Assembly: GCA_002269645.1 (NCBI GenBank)
Contig: NIVC01001914.1
Span: 1-64,000, forward strand
DNA: 64,000 nt
Origin: Macrostomum lignano
Lineage: Eukaryota
Direction of reading: 5' to 3'
Under the pieces are notes generated by a model. It saw nothing but the letters and a program-made list of their open reading frames with translations, did no database searches and was not told where the DNA came from. The translations under genes were made by a program, and so were the position numbers. Shown in pieces: positions 47,638-60,962 of this stretch; position 1 is the first letter of the stretch; the number at the start of each line of letters is the position of its first letter.

Positions 47638-50600
47638 ATGACAGTGGACTCCGAGCCAAACAATAATTCCAGCAAATTGCTTCCGTCATCTCCGAAGCCC
47701 CTGATCCACGTTCTCTGCTGTCCCAGCTGTCCCTACATGTGCCTGCAGGAGAGCGTCTTGATCGACCACGTGACCGGCGCTCACCCGGAGCCGCCATCCG
47801 CCGACGCTGGCGCAGAATCCGTTAACCAGCTGAAGTTGTACCGCTGCAAGCTGTGCGACTCCGTGTCAACGCAGAAGTGCCTGATGTTGGAGCACGCCGC
47901 CGTGTTTCACGGTGCCCAGTCGCGTCAGGTGAGGCGGTGGCTGTTCTTAGAATTTCGAATAATTTGAGCAAACTGATGAAAAGGATCAATCAGTGTAGCA
48001 TCAGCCAATGAGAATGTGCAGGGAGTGACTGCTGCCTTCTTTCTCCCTAACATCCTATTGGTAACTATAGGCTCTAATGCCGACAACAGACACAATGAGG
48101 CCCCTCAATAGACACAATGAGGCCCCTCAATAGACACAATGAGGCCCCTCAATAGACACAATGAGGCACCCACAACAGACACAATGAGGCCCCTCAACAG
48201 ACACAATGAGGCCCCCTCAACAGACACAATGAAGCACCACCAACAGACACAATGAGGCACCACCAACAGACACAATGAGGCACCACCAACAGACACAATG
48301 AGGCACCACCAACAGCCACAATGAGGCCCCCTCAACAGACACAATGAGGCACCACCAACAGACACAATGAGGCACCACCAACAGACACAATGAGGCACCA
48401 CCAACAGCCACAATGAGGCCCCCACAACAGACACAATGAGGCCCCTCAACAGACACAATGAGGCACCCACAACAGACAATGAGGCCCCCTAACAGACACA
48501 ATGAGGCCCCCACAACAGACACAATGAGGCCCCCACAACAGACACAATAAGGCACCCACAACAGACACAATGAGGCACCATCAACAGCCACAATGAGGCC
48601 CCCTCAACAGACACAATGAAGCACCACCAACAGCCACAATGAGGCCCCCACAACAGACACAATGAGGCCCCCACAACAGACACAATGAGGCACCACCAAC
48701 AGCCACAATGAGGCACCACCAACAGACACAATGAGGCACCCACAACAGACACAATGAGGCACCAACAACAGACAATGAGGCCCCCTAACAGACACAATGA
48801 GGCACCACCAACAGCCACAATGAGGCACCACCAACAGACACAATGAGGCACAACCAACAGCCACAATGAGGCACCACCAACAGACACAATGAGGCCCCCA
48901 CAACAGACACAATGAGGCCCCCACAACAGACACAATGAGGCCCCCTCAACAGCCACAATGAGGCACCACCAACAGACACAATAAGGCACCCACAACAGAC
49001 ACAATGAGGCACCCTCAACAGACACAATGAGGCCCCCTCAACAGACACAATGAGGCGCCCTCAACAGCCACAATGAGGCCCCCACAACAGACACAATGAG
49101 GCCCCCACAACAGCCACAATGAGGCCCCCACAACAGCCACAATGAGGCACCACCAACAGACACAATGAGGCACCACCAACAGACACAATGAGGCACCCAC
49201 AACAGACACAATGAGGCACCAACAACAGACAATGAGGCCCCCTAACAGACACAATGAGGCACCACCAACAGCCACAATGAGGCACCACCAACAGACACAA
49301 TGAGGCACAACCAACAGACACAATGAGGCACCACCAACAGACACAATGAGGCGCCCTCAACAGCCACAATGAGGCCCCCACAACAGACACAATGAGGCCC
49401 CCACAACAGCCACAATGAGGCCCCCACAACAGACACAATAAGGCACCCACAACAGACACAATGAGGCGCCCACAACAGCCACAATGAGGCCCCCACAACA
49501 GACACAATAAGGCACCCACAACAGACACAATGAAGCACCACCAACAGACACAATGAGGCACCACCAACAGCCACAATGAGGCACCACCAACAGACACAAT
49601 GAGGCACCACCAACAGCCACAATGAGGCACCATCAACAGCCACAATGAGGCGCCCACAACAGCCACAATGAGGCCCCCACAACAGACACAATGAAGCACC
49701 ACCAACAGACACAATGAGGCACCACCAACAGACACAATGAGGCACCACCAACAGACACAATGAGGCACCACCAACAGCCACAATGAGGCCCCCTCAACAG
49801 ACACAATGAGGCACCACCAACAGACACAATGAGGCACCACCAACAGACACAATGAGGCACCACCAACAGCCACAATGAGGCCCCCACAACAGACACAATG
49901 AGGCCCCTCAACAGACACAATGAGGCACCCACAACAGACAATGAGGCCCCCTAACAGACACAATGAGGCCCCCACAACAGACACAATGAGGCCCCCACAA
50001 CAGACACAATAAGGCACCCACAACAGACACAATGAGGCACCATCAACAGCCACAATGAGGCCCCCTCAACAGACACAATGAAGCACCACCAACAGCCACA
50101 ATGAGGCCCCCACAACAGACACAATGAGGCCCCCACAACAGACACAATGAGGCACCACCAACAGCCACAATGAGGCACCACCAACAGACACAATGAGGCC
50201 CCCACAACAGACACAATGAGGCACCACCAACAGACACAATGAGGCACCCACAACAGACACAATGAGGCACCAACAACAGACAATGAGGCCCCCTAACAGA
50301 CACAATGAGGCACCACCAACAGCCACAATGAGGCACCACCAACAGACACAATGAGGCACAACCAACAGACACAATGAGGCACAACCAACAGACACAATGA
50401 GGCACCACCAACAGACACAATGAGGCGCCCTCAACAGCCACAATGAGGCCCCCACAACAGACACAATGAGGCCCCCACAACAGCCACAATGAGGCCCCCA
50501 CAACAGACACAATAAGGCACCCACAACAGACACAATGAGGCGCCCACAACAGCCACAATGAGGCCCCCACAACAGACACAATAAGGCACCCACAACAGAC

Positions 50601-53600
50601 ACAATGAAGCACCACCAACAGACACAATGAGGCACCACCAACAGCCACAATGAGGCACCACCAACAGACACAATGAGGCACCACCAACAGCCACAATGAG
50701 GCACCATCAACAGCCACAATGAGGCGCCCACAACAGCCACAATGAGGCCCCCACAACAGACACAATGAAGCACCACCAACAGACACAATGAGGCACCACC
50801 AACAGACACAATGAGGCACCACCAACAGACACAATGAGGCACCACCAACAGCCACAATGAGGCCCCCTCAACAGACACAATGAGGCACCACCAACAGACA
50901 CAATGAGGCACCACCAACAGACACAATGAGGCACCACCAACAGCCACAATGAGGCCCCCACAACAGACACAATGAGGCCCCTCAACAGACACAATGAGGC
51001 ACCCACAACAGACAATGAGGCCCCCTAACAGACACAATGAGGCCCCCACAACAGACACAATGAGGCCCCCACAACAGACACAATAAGGCACCCACAACAG
51101 ACACAATGAGGCACCATCAACAGCCACAATGAGGCCCCCTCAACAGACACAATGAAGCACCACCAACAGCCACAATGAGGCCCCCACAACAGACACAATG
51201 AGGCCCCCACAACAGACACAATGAGGCACCACCAACAGCCACAATGAGGCACCACCAACAGACACAATGAGGCCCCCACAACAGACACAATGAGGCACCA
51301 CCAACAGACACAATGAGGCACCCACAACAGACACAATGAGGCACCAACAACAGACAATGAGGCCCCCTAACAGACACAATGAGGCACCACCAACAGCCAC
51401 AATGAGGCACCACCAACAGACACAATGAGGCACAACCAACAGCCACAATGAGGCACCACCAACAGACACAATGAGGCCCCCACAATAGACACAATGAGGC
51501 CCCCTCAACAGACACAATAAGGCACCCACAACAGACACAATGAGGCACCCTCAACAGACACAATGAGGCCCCCTCAACAGACACAATGAGGCGCCCTCAA
51601 CAGCCACAATGAGGCCCCCACAACAGACACAATGAGGCCCCCACAACAGCCACAATGAGGCCCCCACAACAGACACAATGAAGCACCATCAACAGACACA
51701 ATGAGGCACCACCAACAGCCACAATGAGGCACCACCAACAGACACAATGAGGCACCCACAACAGACACAATGAGGCACCAACAACAGACACAATGAGGCC
51801 CCCACAACAGACACAATAAGGCACCCACAACAGACACAATGAGGCGCCCACAACAGCCACAATGAGGCCCCCACAACAGACACAATAAGGCACCCACAAC
51901 AGACACAATGAAGCACCACCAACAGACACAATGAGGCACCACCAACAGCCACAATGAGGCACCACCAACAGACACAATGAGGCACCATCAACAGCCACAA
52001 TGAGGCGCCCACAACAGCCACAATGAGGCCCCCACAACAGCCACAATGAGGCACAACCAACAGACACAATGAGGCCCCCACAACAGACACAATAAGGCAC
52101 CCACAACAGACACAATGAGGCGCCCTCAACAGACACAATGAAGCACCATCAACAGACAATGAGGCCCCCTAACAGACACAATGAGGCCCCTCAACAGACA
52201 CAATGAGGCACCATCAACAGCCACAATGAGGCGCCCTCAACAGCCACAATGAGGCCCCCACAACAGACACAATGAGGCCCCCACAACAGCCACAATGAGG
52301 CCCCCACAACAGACACAATAAGGCACCCACAACAGACACAATGAGGCACCACCAACAGACACAATGAGGCACCACCAACAGACACAATGGGGCACTACCA
52401 ACAGACACAATGAGGCACCACCAACAGACACAATGGGGCACTACCAACAGACACAATGGGGCACTACCAACAGACACAATGGGGCACTACCAACAGACAC
52501 AATGAGGCACCACCAACAGACACAATGGGGCACTACCAACAGACACAATGGGGCACTACCAACAGACACAATGAGGCACCACCAACAGACACAATGGGGC
52601 ACTACCAACAGACACAATGGGGCACTACCAACAGACACAATGGGGCACTACCAACAGACACAATGGGGCACTACCAAAAATTTTAAAAAGGCCCTCAGAG
52701 AGAAAGTTGCTGACTTTTCAGCTGCATTTCAACTTGAAACATTTTTGTTGCAGCAAGAAGATGATTTGCTTGTGGTTCGAGACTTAAAGCTGCCAGGAAA
52801 TTATGGAGCACCAGCAGGCCAGGAGCAGAAAATGCAGGACTCCGCTTTGAAGCAGCAGGCATCACCCAGCATTGCTACCGGATCAAGAAAGCGGAAACTG
52901 ACAGTTCCGGTGAGGGCTCTGGCAATTTCTACTCTCACCTCTCTGACAGTGTCTACTCTCACCTCTCTGACAGTGTCTACTCTCACCTCTCTGACATACT
53001 CTCACCTCTCTGACAATGTCTACTCTCACCTCTCTGACATACTCTCACCTCTCTGACAATGTCTACTCTCACCTCTCTGACAATGTCTACTCTCACCTCT
53101 CTGACAATGTCTACTCTCACCTCTCTGACAGTGTCTACTCTCACCTCTCTGACAATGTCTACTCTCACCTCTCTGACAGTGTCTACTCTCACCTCTCTGA
53201 AAATGTCTACTCTCACCTCTCTGACAGTGTCTACTCTCACCTCTCTGACAATGTCTACTCTCACCTCTCTGACAATGTCTACTCTCACCTCTAACAATGT
53301 CTACTCTTATTTCTCCTATGTCTACTCTACCAAACCCCCAGCTGTACGGAGCACTGGTGTCCCGCATATTCAATTCCATTAAACTCCTCAGGAAAAGTTG
53401 CCAACCGATCCCAGCCAAGGGCCTGAGAGTCAGCCAGCAGTGAGAGCTGAAGCTGACACCACTGCTCAGCCGCTGCCATCGCTGGAGTTCCATCCCAGAA
53501 ACGGCGTCGCTGAGAACCTGAACTTAATTCGAAGTAGCAGCCAACAGCAGCAGCTGGTTGTGAGACAGGCAAATAAAAGCAACAGACAGCAGCATCAGAA

Positions 53601-55880
53601 ATTTCTACCACAGCAACAGCAGAATCTGCTGCAGTCTCCGTCACAGAGAACTGACACCACCGTTCTAGCCATTGGCAACTACCCAGCAACCGGCACCACA
53701 GCTCTGGCAATTTCATCTGGACTTTACCTGCCGTTTAAACTGTGGGAGGCGGCCAGACTCACTCAGCAGCAGCAGCAGCAGCAGCATCTTCATCATCAGC
53801 TGCTCACGTCTGCTGCCGCTGTGACCGCCGTGACCGGGGCGCCGCTTCACAGCCTGAGCTTCAATGGTGCCACCGCTATGCAGCTGGGAGCCGCCACCCC
53901 TGCGGCACTGCAGGTGAGGAAGAGGGTGGGAGAGAGTGAGAGGGTGAGGGAGAGGGTGAGGGAGAGGAAGAGGGTGAGGGAGAGGTTAAGGGAGAGGGTG
54001 AGGCTGAGAGAGAGGGTGAGGGAGAGGGAGAGGGTGAGGCTGAGAGAGAGGGTGAGGGAGAGGGAGAGGGTGAGGCTGAGAGAGAGAGGGTGATGGAGAG
54101 GAAGAGGGTGAGGGAGAGGTTAAGGGAGAGGGTGAGGATGAAGGAAAGAGGGGGTGAGAGTGAGAGAGAGGATGTGAGAGAGGGTGAGAGAGAGGGTGAG
54201 AGTGAGGGTGAGGGTGAGAGGGTGATGTGAGGGACAAAAGTGAGAGGGAGAAGGTGAGCGTGGGTTAGATTTATCTAAGAAATCGTCCAACTGAAACTTG
54301 GAGAATAAATAAAAACTGGTTTCATTTTCAACTTTATTTTCCATTAAAAATCTATCCTTATAGTATGCTGCTACACTACTAATAAGTAGCAATGCTAGAT
54401 AGTGATATTTATTTTTGGCCAATTGCCAATCAAACCCTCTGCCAGCTCCCAGTGACAGCCGTGGAACCGAAGCAGCAGCCGCAGTCGAAGGAAGACTTTG
54501 CCTCATCAGTGTTGGACTTATCGGTGAAGGAAGCAAAGCTCTTGGCGTCTCTTCAGCAGCAGCAGCAGCAGCAGTCAGCAGCCGCTTCTTCATCGAATTC
54601 AAAGCGGTCAGCCGGGCGCATCCGGCGACAAAATCGACAACGAGCCGGAGGTGCTCGCGGCGCTCGCGGTCGCAGTCATCAGAGCAGCCCGTCGTTGAAG
54701 GACCCGACGCTGGACACGGCTACAGTCGACTCCGAGCAGCAGCGAGCGGACTCGCCGCAGTCGCAGGGCAAAACTCAGCGTCAGAATTTTACTCCGACTC
54801 AGAATCGCCAGCTGTTGAAGTGGTTCTGCGAGCACAGCGACAAGCCCTACCCGACTGGGGAGGACACCAAGGCGCTATCGGCTCTCACCGGATTGAACTA
54901 TGCTCAGGTGAAGAAATGGTTCGCTAATAAACGGATGCGATCCAAGTCTACCGTAGCTTTGACTGTCGCTGATGGCGAGGTTGACGATGCGGCCTCCGAT
55001 GGAGTCGAGTTGGTGATCCCCGTACCAGCGCAACCCGACTGGGAGGAAGAGGCTCAGATGAGAGAGGTGAGCGAGGGGATTTCAATCTGGGGACTTACAT
55101 CTTTTTAGCATGAAGCTCAAGGGAATCCTATTCGGAAGTCTCAATTGGGAAATCGACTTGAGTAATCTAATTCGGAGAATTCTTTACGGATTATTTCATT
55201 CATCTGGGGAATCCCATTCGGGGAATCCCATTCGGGGAATCCCATTCGGGAAATCCCATTCGTGGAATCTCATTTGCGGAATCCCATTTGGGGAATCCCA
55301 TTCAGGGAATCTCATTCGGGGAATCCCATTCGGGGAATCCCATTCGGGGAATCTCGTTCGGGGAATCCCATTCGGGGAATCCCATTCGATGAGTCTCATT
55401 CGGAGAAGCCTGTTCGGGGAATTCCATTTTCTGGAATTTCATTCCCGGAATTCGATTAGAGGATCCCATTCTGGGAATCTAATGGGGGATTTCTGTTTGG
55501 GGAATCCTACTCTGAGAATCTCCATTCGGAAAATCTCATTCGGGAATCCAATTGGGGAATCCGACTGGGGAATCCCTTTCGGGAAATTCCGTTTGGGACA
55601 TTATATTCGGGGAATCCAATTTGAATCTCATTCGTAAAGTACGAGGTATTCTTTCTGGTAATTTTAAATTTCTACATGTATTGAGGTGAATATATGTAAA
55701 CATGTAACGAAATCTCGAAATGGAAATTCTCAAAGAAAACTCTTTTATGCAGAAAGAGTCTGTATAATTATAGTATTCTATAATTAAACTGCAATATTTT
55801 CGCGCTTTCAGCTGTCCGATGATGGAAATCAATTGCAAGATTGCGAGCAACATCTCTTGGAGGAGAGTTCCACAGCCTGA
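47638..55880 (+). CDS. C2H2 zinc finger (x2) + TALE-class homeodomain transcription factor, about 570 aa, 5 predicted exons
   Basis: Exons 47638-47928 (CPSC-x12-H-x4-H and CKLC-x12-H-x4-H), 52691 (or 52754)-52909, 53392-53913, 54446-55066 (homeodomain ~54770-54946: LLKWFCEHSDKPYPT...VKKWFANKRMR) and 55812-55880. All junctions are phase 0 GT-AG. Linking the zinc-finger exon across the 4.6-kb satellite intron is inferred. Confidence 0.7.
48085..52676 (+). repeat. 23-bp minisatellite (ACAGACACAATGAGGCACCACCA), about 4.6 kb, with higher-order blocks
   Basis: Read directly; identical artefact ORFs recur 1074 bp apart. Confidence 0.98.
52929..53330 (+). repeat. 24-bp minisatellite (TGTCTACTCTCACCTCTCTGACAR)
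   Basis: Read directly; it lies in a predicted intron of the ZF-TALE gene. Confidence 0.95.
53914..54255 (+). repeat. GA-rich (GAGAGG/GTGAGG) low-complexity tract
   Basis: Read directly; intronic. Confidence 0.9.
55205..55630 (+). repeat. 14-bp minisatellite (GGGGAATCCCATTC), degenerating 3'-ward
   Basis: Read directly. Confidence 0.9.
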
Positions 55881-56375
55881 ACTTTAAATGAAAGAAGTTT
55901 TGAATAAGTTACAAAAATAACAGTATTGTACGTTGGTTTCACTGTTGTTTAAACGCTCGAAGTTTCATTAATTTTCTTGTAAAAAACAATTTTTCAGTGT
56001 GCTAAACCGTACCAGTAAAACAAAAAAATTAACGTAATCAAAGTTCAGTCGATAAACCTTGATGTAATCATGTTAAAGCCGATGCCGATAAATAGTAAAA
56101 CTAAATATTGCAACTTTTGTTTGTTTTTTAACAACAAATTTGGGTCAATTTTTACGCGAATATTTAATACTAATAATAATAATTTACATTATTATTAAGT
56201 CAATTTACCTAATAAAACGCTTTTTCATACTGATATTTAAGTACACTACTTACTAAAGTAGTATCCGTGACTGTGTATTTTTTATCTACAGGATATATAT
56301 GTTCGTAAATAAAACTGGATGAAACTTTAAATGAGACAAAAAAGTTTGTATATTATAAACGTGAAGACCTTACTC

Positions 56376-56690
56376 ATCAGTGAGAGTAGACCCTTCTAAA
56401 CAGTGAGAGTAGACCATTCTAAACAGTGAGAGTAGACCATTCTAAACAGTGAGAGTAGACCATTCTAAACAGTGAGAGTAGACCATTCTAAACAGTGAGA
56501 GTAGAACATTCTAAACAGTGAGAGTAGAACATTCTAAACAGTGAGAGTAGACCATTCTAAACAGTGAGAGTAGACCATTCTAAACAGTGAGAGTAGAACA
56601 TTCTAAACAGTGAGAGTAGCCCATTCTAAACAGTGAGAGTAGAACATTCTAAACAGTGAGAGTAGCCCCTACTCATCGCTAAGAGTAGAC
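56376..56690 (+). repeat. 23-bp minisatellite (CAGTGAGAGTAGACCATTCTAAA), about 13 units
   Basis: Read directly. Confidence 0.95.
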
Positions 56691-56806
56691 CCAGCTGCTC
56701 TACTCATAAATATTTGTTGTCTGTACAGTCGTGAACAAAAGAGAAGGGGATTGCTATTCAAAGTCACATCGAGTCGGTGAGACGAAGACAGTTTGCATCG
56801 AGTCAA

Positions 56807-59800
56807 TTAATCCCGCACCTCCGCCTGCTGCATCAGCAATTTCTTCTGTTTCATACGTCGATTTTGAAACCAAGTTTTCACCTGGGCGTCGGTGAGGCCC
56901 AAAGCCTGGGCCAGCAAATCCCTGTCAGTCGGACTCAGGTAGGCCTGCTCGCGGAATGTGGCCTCCAGCTGGAGCAGCTGCAGGTCGCTGAACACCGTTC
57001 GGGGCTGACGGCGGCGCTTCAAATTGCCAGCACTTGATGATGATGAAGAATCGGCTGCTGGGAGGGCTGACGCTGAAGTTGCTAAGTCAAGCGGGGAGGA
57101 TAATAGAGAGATTTGCAGTTAAACTGAATTTAATGCAATTTTATCAACACACTTTAGACCGCTGACCCGCACCCTGTGAACACACGCTCACAGAGCGTGT
57201 ACAGCAGCCCTGACTTTCGAATCGTCAGTCATGTACACTCTGTGTCTTGAGGGTTGGCCCTCATGGGCTACAGTCTGTGATTGTTTGGCGCTACAGTCTG
57301 TCATGGTTTGGCGCTACAGTCTGTCATGGTTTGGCGCTACAGTCTGTCATGGTTTGGCGCTACAGTCTGTCATGGTTTGGTGCTACAGTCTGTCATGGTT
57401 TGGCGCTACAGTCTGTGATTGTTTCGCGCTACAGTCTGTCATGGTTTGGCGCTACAGTCTGTCATGGTTTGGCGCTACAGTCTGTGATTGTTTGGCGCTA
57501 CAGTCTGTCATGGTTTGGCGCTACAGTCTGTGATTGTTTGGCGCTACAGTCTGTCATGGTTTGGCGCTACAGTCTGTCATGGTTTAACGCTACAGTCTGT
57601 CATGGTTTGGCGCTACAGTCTGTGATTGTTTGGCGCTACAGTCTGTCATGGTCTGGCGCTACAGTCTGTGATTGTTTCGCGCTACAGTCTGTCATGATTT
57701 GGCGCTACAGTCTGTGATTGTTTGGCGCTACAGTCTGTCATGGTTTGGCGCTACAGTCTGTGATTGTTTGGCGCTACAGTCTGTCATGGTTTGGCGCTAC
57801 AGTCTGTCATGGTTTGGCGCTACAGTCTGTCATGATTTGGCGCTACAGTCTGTGATTGTTTGGCGCTACAGTCTGTCATGGTCTGGCGCTACAGTCTGTG
57901 ATTGTTTCGCGCTACAGTCTGTCATGGTTTGGCGCTACAGTCTGTTCACGGTTTGGCGCTACAGTCTGTCATGGTTTGGCGCTACAGTCTGTGATTGTTT
58001 GGCACTACAGTCTGTCATGGTTTGGCGCTACAGTCTGTGATTGTTTCGCGCTACAGTCTGTCATGGTTTGGCGCTACAGTCTGTGAATTTTAGCGCTACA
58101 GTCTGTGAATTGTTTGGCGCTACAGTCTGAGAATTGTTTGGCGCTACAGTCTGTGAATTGTTTGGCGCTACAGTCTGTGAATTGTTTGGCGCTACAGTCT
58201 GTGAATTGTTTGGCGCTACAGTCTGTGAATTGTTTGGCGCTACAGTCTGTGAATTGTTTGGCGCTACAGTCTGTGAATTGTTTGGCGCTACAGTCTGTGA
58301 ATTGTTTGGCGCTACAGTCTGTGAATTGTTTGGCGCTACAGTCTGTGAATTGTTTGGCGCTACAGTCTGTGAATTGTTTGGCGCTACAGTCTGTGAATTG
58401 TTTGGCGCTACAGTCTGTGAATTGTTTGGCGCTACAGTCTGTGAATTGTTTGGCGCTACAGTCTGTAAGTATAAATTTGTAGTTTTACGTTGCAGAAACT
58501 CCAATTATAACCTGTAGATTTGGGATGCCATGTCTGTCAGCAAACAGGCAGCATTGGCAAATATCCAAACAATTAAGCATCTCAACTCATCTCAATGACA
58601 CTCGTTGCTGCTATACAAGCTTATTATAAAAACTCATTGTCTCAAATTTGTTATTTCGATTCTCTCGCAGCTGGAGCCGTCTCGAAATGCATCAATCAAA
58701 ATTATTGCACAAGATAAAATTACCGTTTTTATTTTCATGAGAACAGGCCACTGAGAGAAGTTTACATTGTTATCATTTAGATGGTTAAGAGTGAAAGTGA
58801 CTGTTTTAACTGGCTCATACAGTTTGGGTCAAACAATTGAGCCCATCAATTAAGACTGCTTCCAGCCCTTAACCGCAATAATTTCAGACAGACCAGCGCA
58901 TGCTAGGTGTCACATTACAGTCAGACTATACAGCTATGAGCTCAATTTCTACATTTGAGTCTCTCCGGCTCTGAGACCACCGCAGTGTCCTCTCAGTGTG
59001 TGGCGTTTATCCTCATGGAGCTTTGTTTGAGAACGATTAGATTATTTGAGCTGAATTCCCGAGCTTGCTTGACTGACAATTGTTTAATTAGGCATTTGGG
59101 TGTTCCTAACCTATAATAGCTGCTAATGCAGTAACGAACGATATGGATTTAGCTGTGAAGATTGCTAAAATTTATAAATCAATGGACTAGTTACGTTTAT
59201 TATCTATCTCTGCTTATGACTCAGTCAGTGACTGACTGACTGACTGACTGACTGACTGACTGACTGACTGACTGACTGACTGACTGACTGACTGACTGAC
59301 TGACTGACTGACTGACTGACTGACTGACTGACTGACTGACTGACTGACTGACTGACTGACTGACTGACTAACTGACTGACTGACTGACTGACTGACTGAC
59401 TGACTGACTGACTGACTGACTGACTGACTGACTGACTGACTGACTGACTGACTGACTGACTGACTGACTGACTGACTGACTGACTGACTGACTGACTGAC
59501 TGACTGACTGATTATTGATTTTAGATGTAAGATTGCAATTTCTGAAAAACACACCAGAGAGTTTTTCGCTGCAAAGTGCAGTCAAAAACTCAGCAATAAC
59601 GCGGCCATCAATCTTACCAGTCTTATCGACTTGAAGATTATTACAAGTTTTGTCAACGGAAGAGTTGGGGGCCGCTGCATGATGTCTTTTTGTGCCCCTT
59701 CTTTTTTCGTTTCTTTGCTGCACGCTGCTATAACTTGCAAGAGCAGATGATGGAGCAGCCAGCATCCAGTAGTTGAACAGGGCAATTTCCATCAATTGAA

Positions 59801-59876
59801 GAGTTTCCGTCTTGCTCCGACTCGTCATCGGAGGTCGAAGCAGATTCTCAATCATAAAACTATTTGCTTGTTGCAT
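56807..59876 (-). CDS. NKL-class homeobox protein, Bsx/BarH-like, 2 exons, about 198 aa
   Basis: Exon 1 (59876-59555) has the eh1 motif SFMIENLL and a phase 1 GT donor. Exon 2 (57081-56807) has a phase 1 acceptor and the homeodomain RRRQPRTVFSDLQL...QVKTWFQNRRMKQKK; RTVFSD and WFQNRRMK are Bsx-like. Confidence 0.8.
57268..58466 (+). repeat. 23-bp minisatellite (TGGCGCTACAGTCTGTCATGGTT) switching to a homogeneous 24-bp variant after ~58100
   Basis: Read directly; it lies in the homeobox intron. Confidence 0.96.
59229..59511 (+). repeat. (TGAC)n microsatellite
   Basis: Read directly; it lies in the homeobox intron. Confidence 0.98.
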
Positions 59877-60474
59877 GCTTTTTTTCTCAATTCTTTTACA
59901 GTGGGCTTAACATGCATACATATGTGCGTAGAATATTGATCAATTTGTAATTTTTTAATCGTATTAAATCTTGCTTTTAAAGGCTTGATTTTAAATCATA
60001 TTTGTTTCTTTTTTTATAGAACTTTGTCTTGAACGACTTCTACACATTTGAGCCCAAATTTCTTATTCACAGCCAATCAGAGGAAAGAAGGCAGTTGCGT
60101 GTATTACATGCATTTTATCAAATACTGCTGTAGCAGTAAAGACCAAGATACTTAATTACGTACTATTGCTACTAATGACTTCTATTGTTTATTCGTCACA
60201 GTTGACGTATCCACAAATACGTATCTTATACTTTTTTGAAAACAGCCGAAACCCTACTTAATTGCCTCGTTTTGAGCTTTCTAATTAAAATAATAGCATC
60301 TTAACTACGCTATCAACTAATTTTAGGCTTTTCATACTGTATTACCGATTCCAGAACCTGAATCGGTTTGAAACTTTTCATTTTGTCTGTTCCGTTTTCA
60401 GAATTGGTTCCAGAACCGTGTTCTGGTTCTGGAATTTGGATCGAGAAATTTTCTTGATCCGTTGTCATGTTTAC

Positions 60475-60794
60475 ACCAAGGACGACTTAAGAAGAAGGAC
60501 GGGAGGCATGTTAAATTCATGAAAACAATTCATGTTAAATTGGTCTTGTCATTATTTTAAGGTGACAGACCGATTTAACATAAAAAATCGAATGATGCGT
60601 CGTTAGAGCAGCATGTGAGGCACAAAATAGTGTGATTAGTACTTTCTCTGACACTGTTAAGAGACCCAATCGCTGTTTAGTGTTGAAAATCGTGAAATAT
60701 CCTATCTCCGTAGTGTATTTTTTCCGGAAAACCTGCCTTCTAAAATTTTCTAAGAAACGAGGTTTCCCGTCCTTCTACTTAAGTCGTCCTTGGT
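60475..60794. mobile_element. MITE, 320 bp, with 30-bp TIRs
   Basis: ACCAAGGACGACTTAAGAAGAAGGACGGGA versus TCCCGTCCTTCTACTTAAGTCGTCCTTGGT (29/30). The TSD is unclear. Confidence 0.8.
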
Positions 60795-60962
60795 TTAGAC
60801 TTTGACAGTAAAATATATTTGAAACCGTCAAATTTTTTTTTATATTATTACTCTGTTTTTTTTGTCATATATCCAAAAGAAAGCGAAGTCAAGGAAAGAC
60901 AAAATTAAATTGTAAAGACTGACAAACATAAAATAGGTTCGAAGCTTTTCATTTTCCTACGG

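Noticed and set aside
48105-52686. Dozens of Cys/Val/Leu-rich ORFs
   Set aside because: All are frames of the 23-bp minisatellite.
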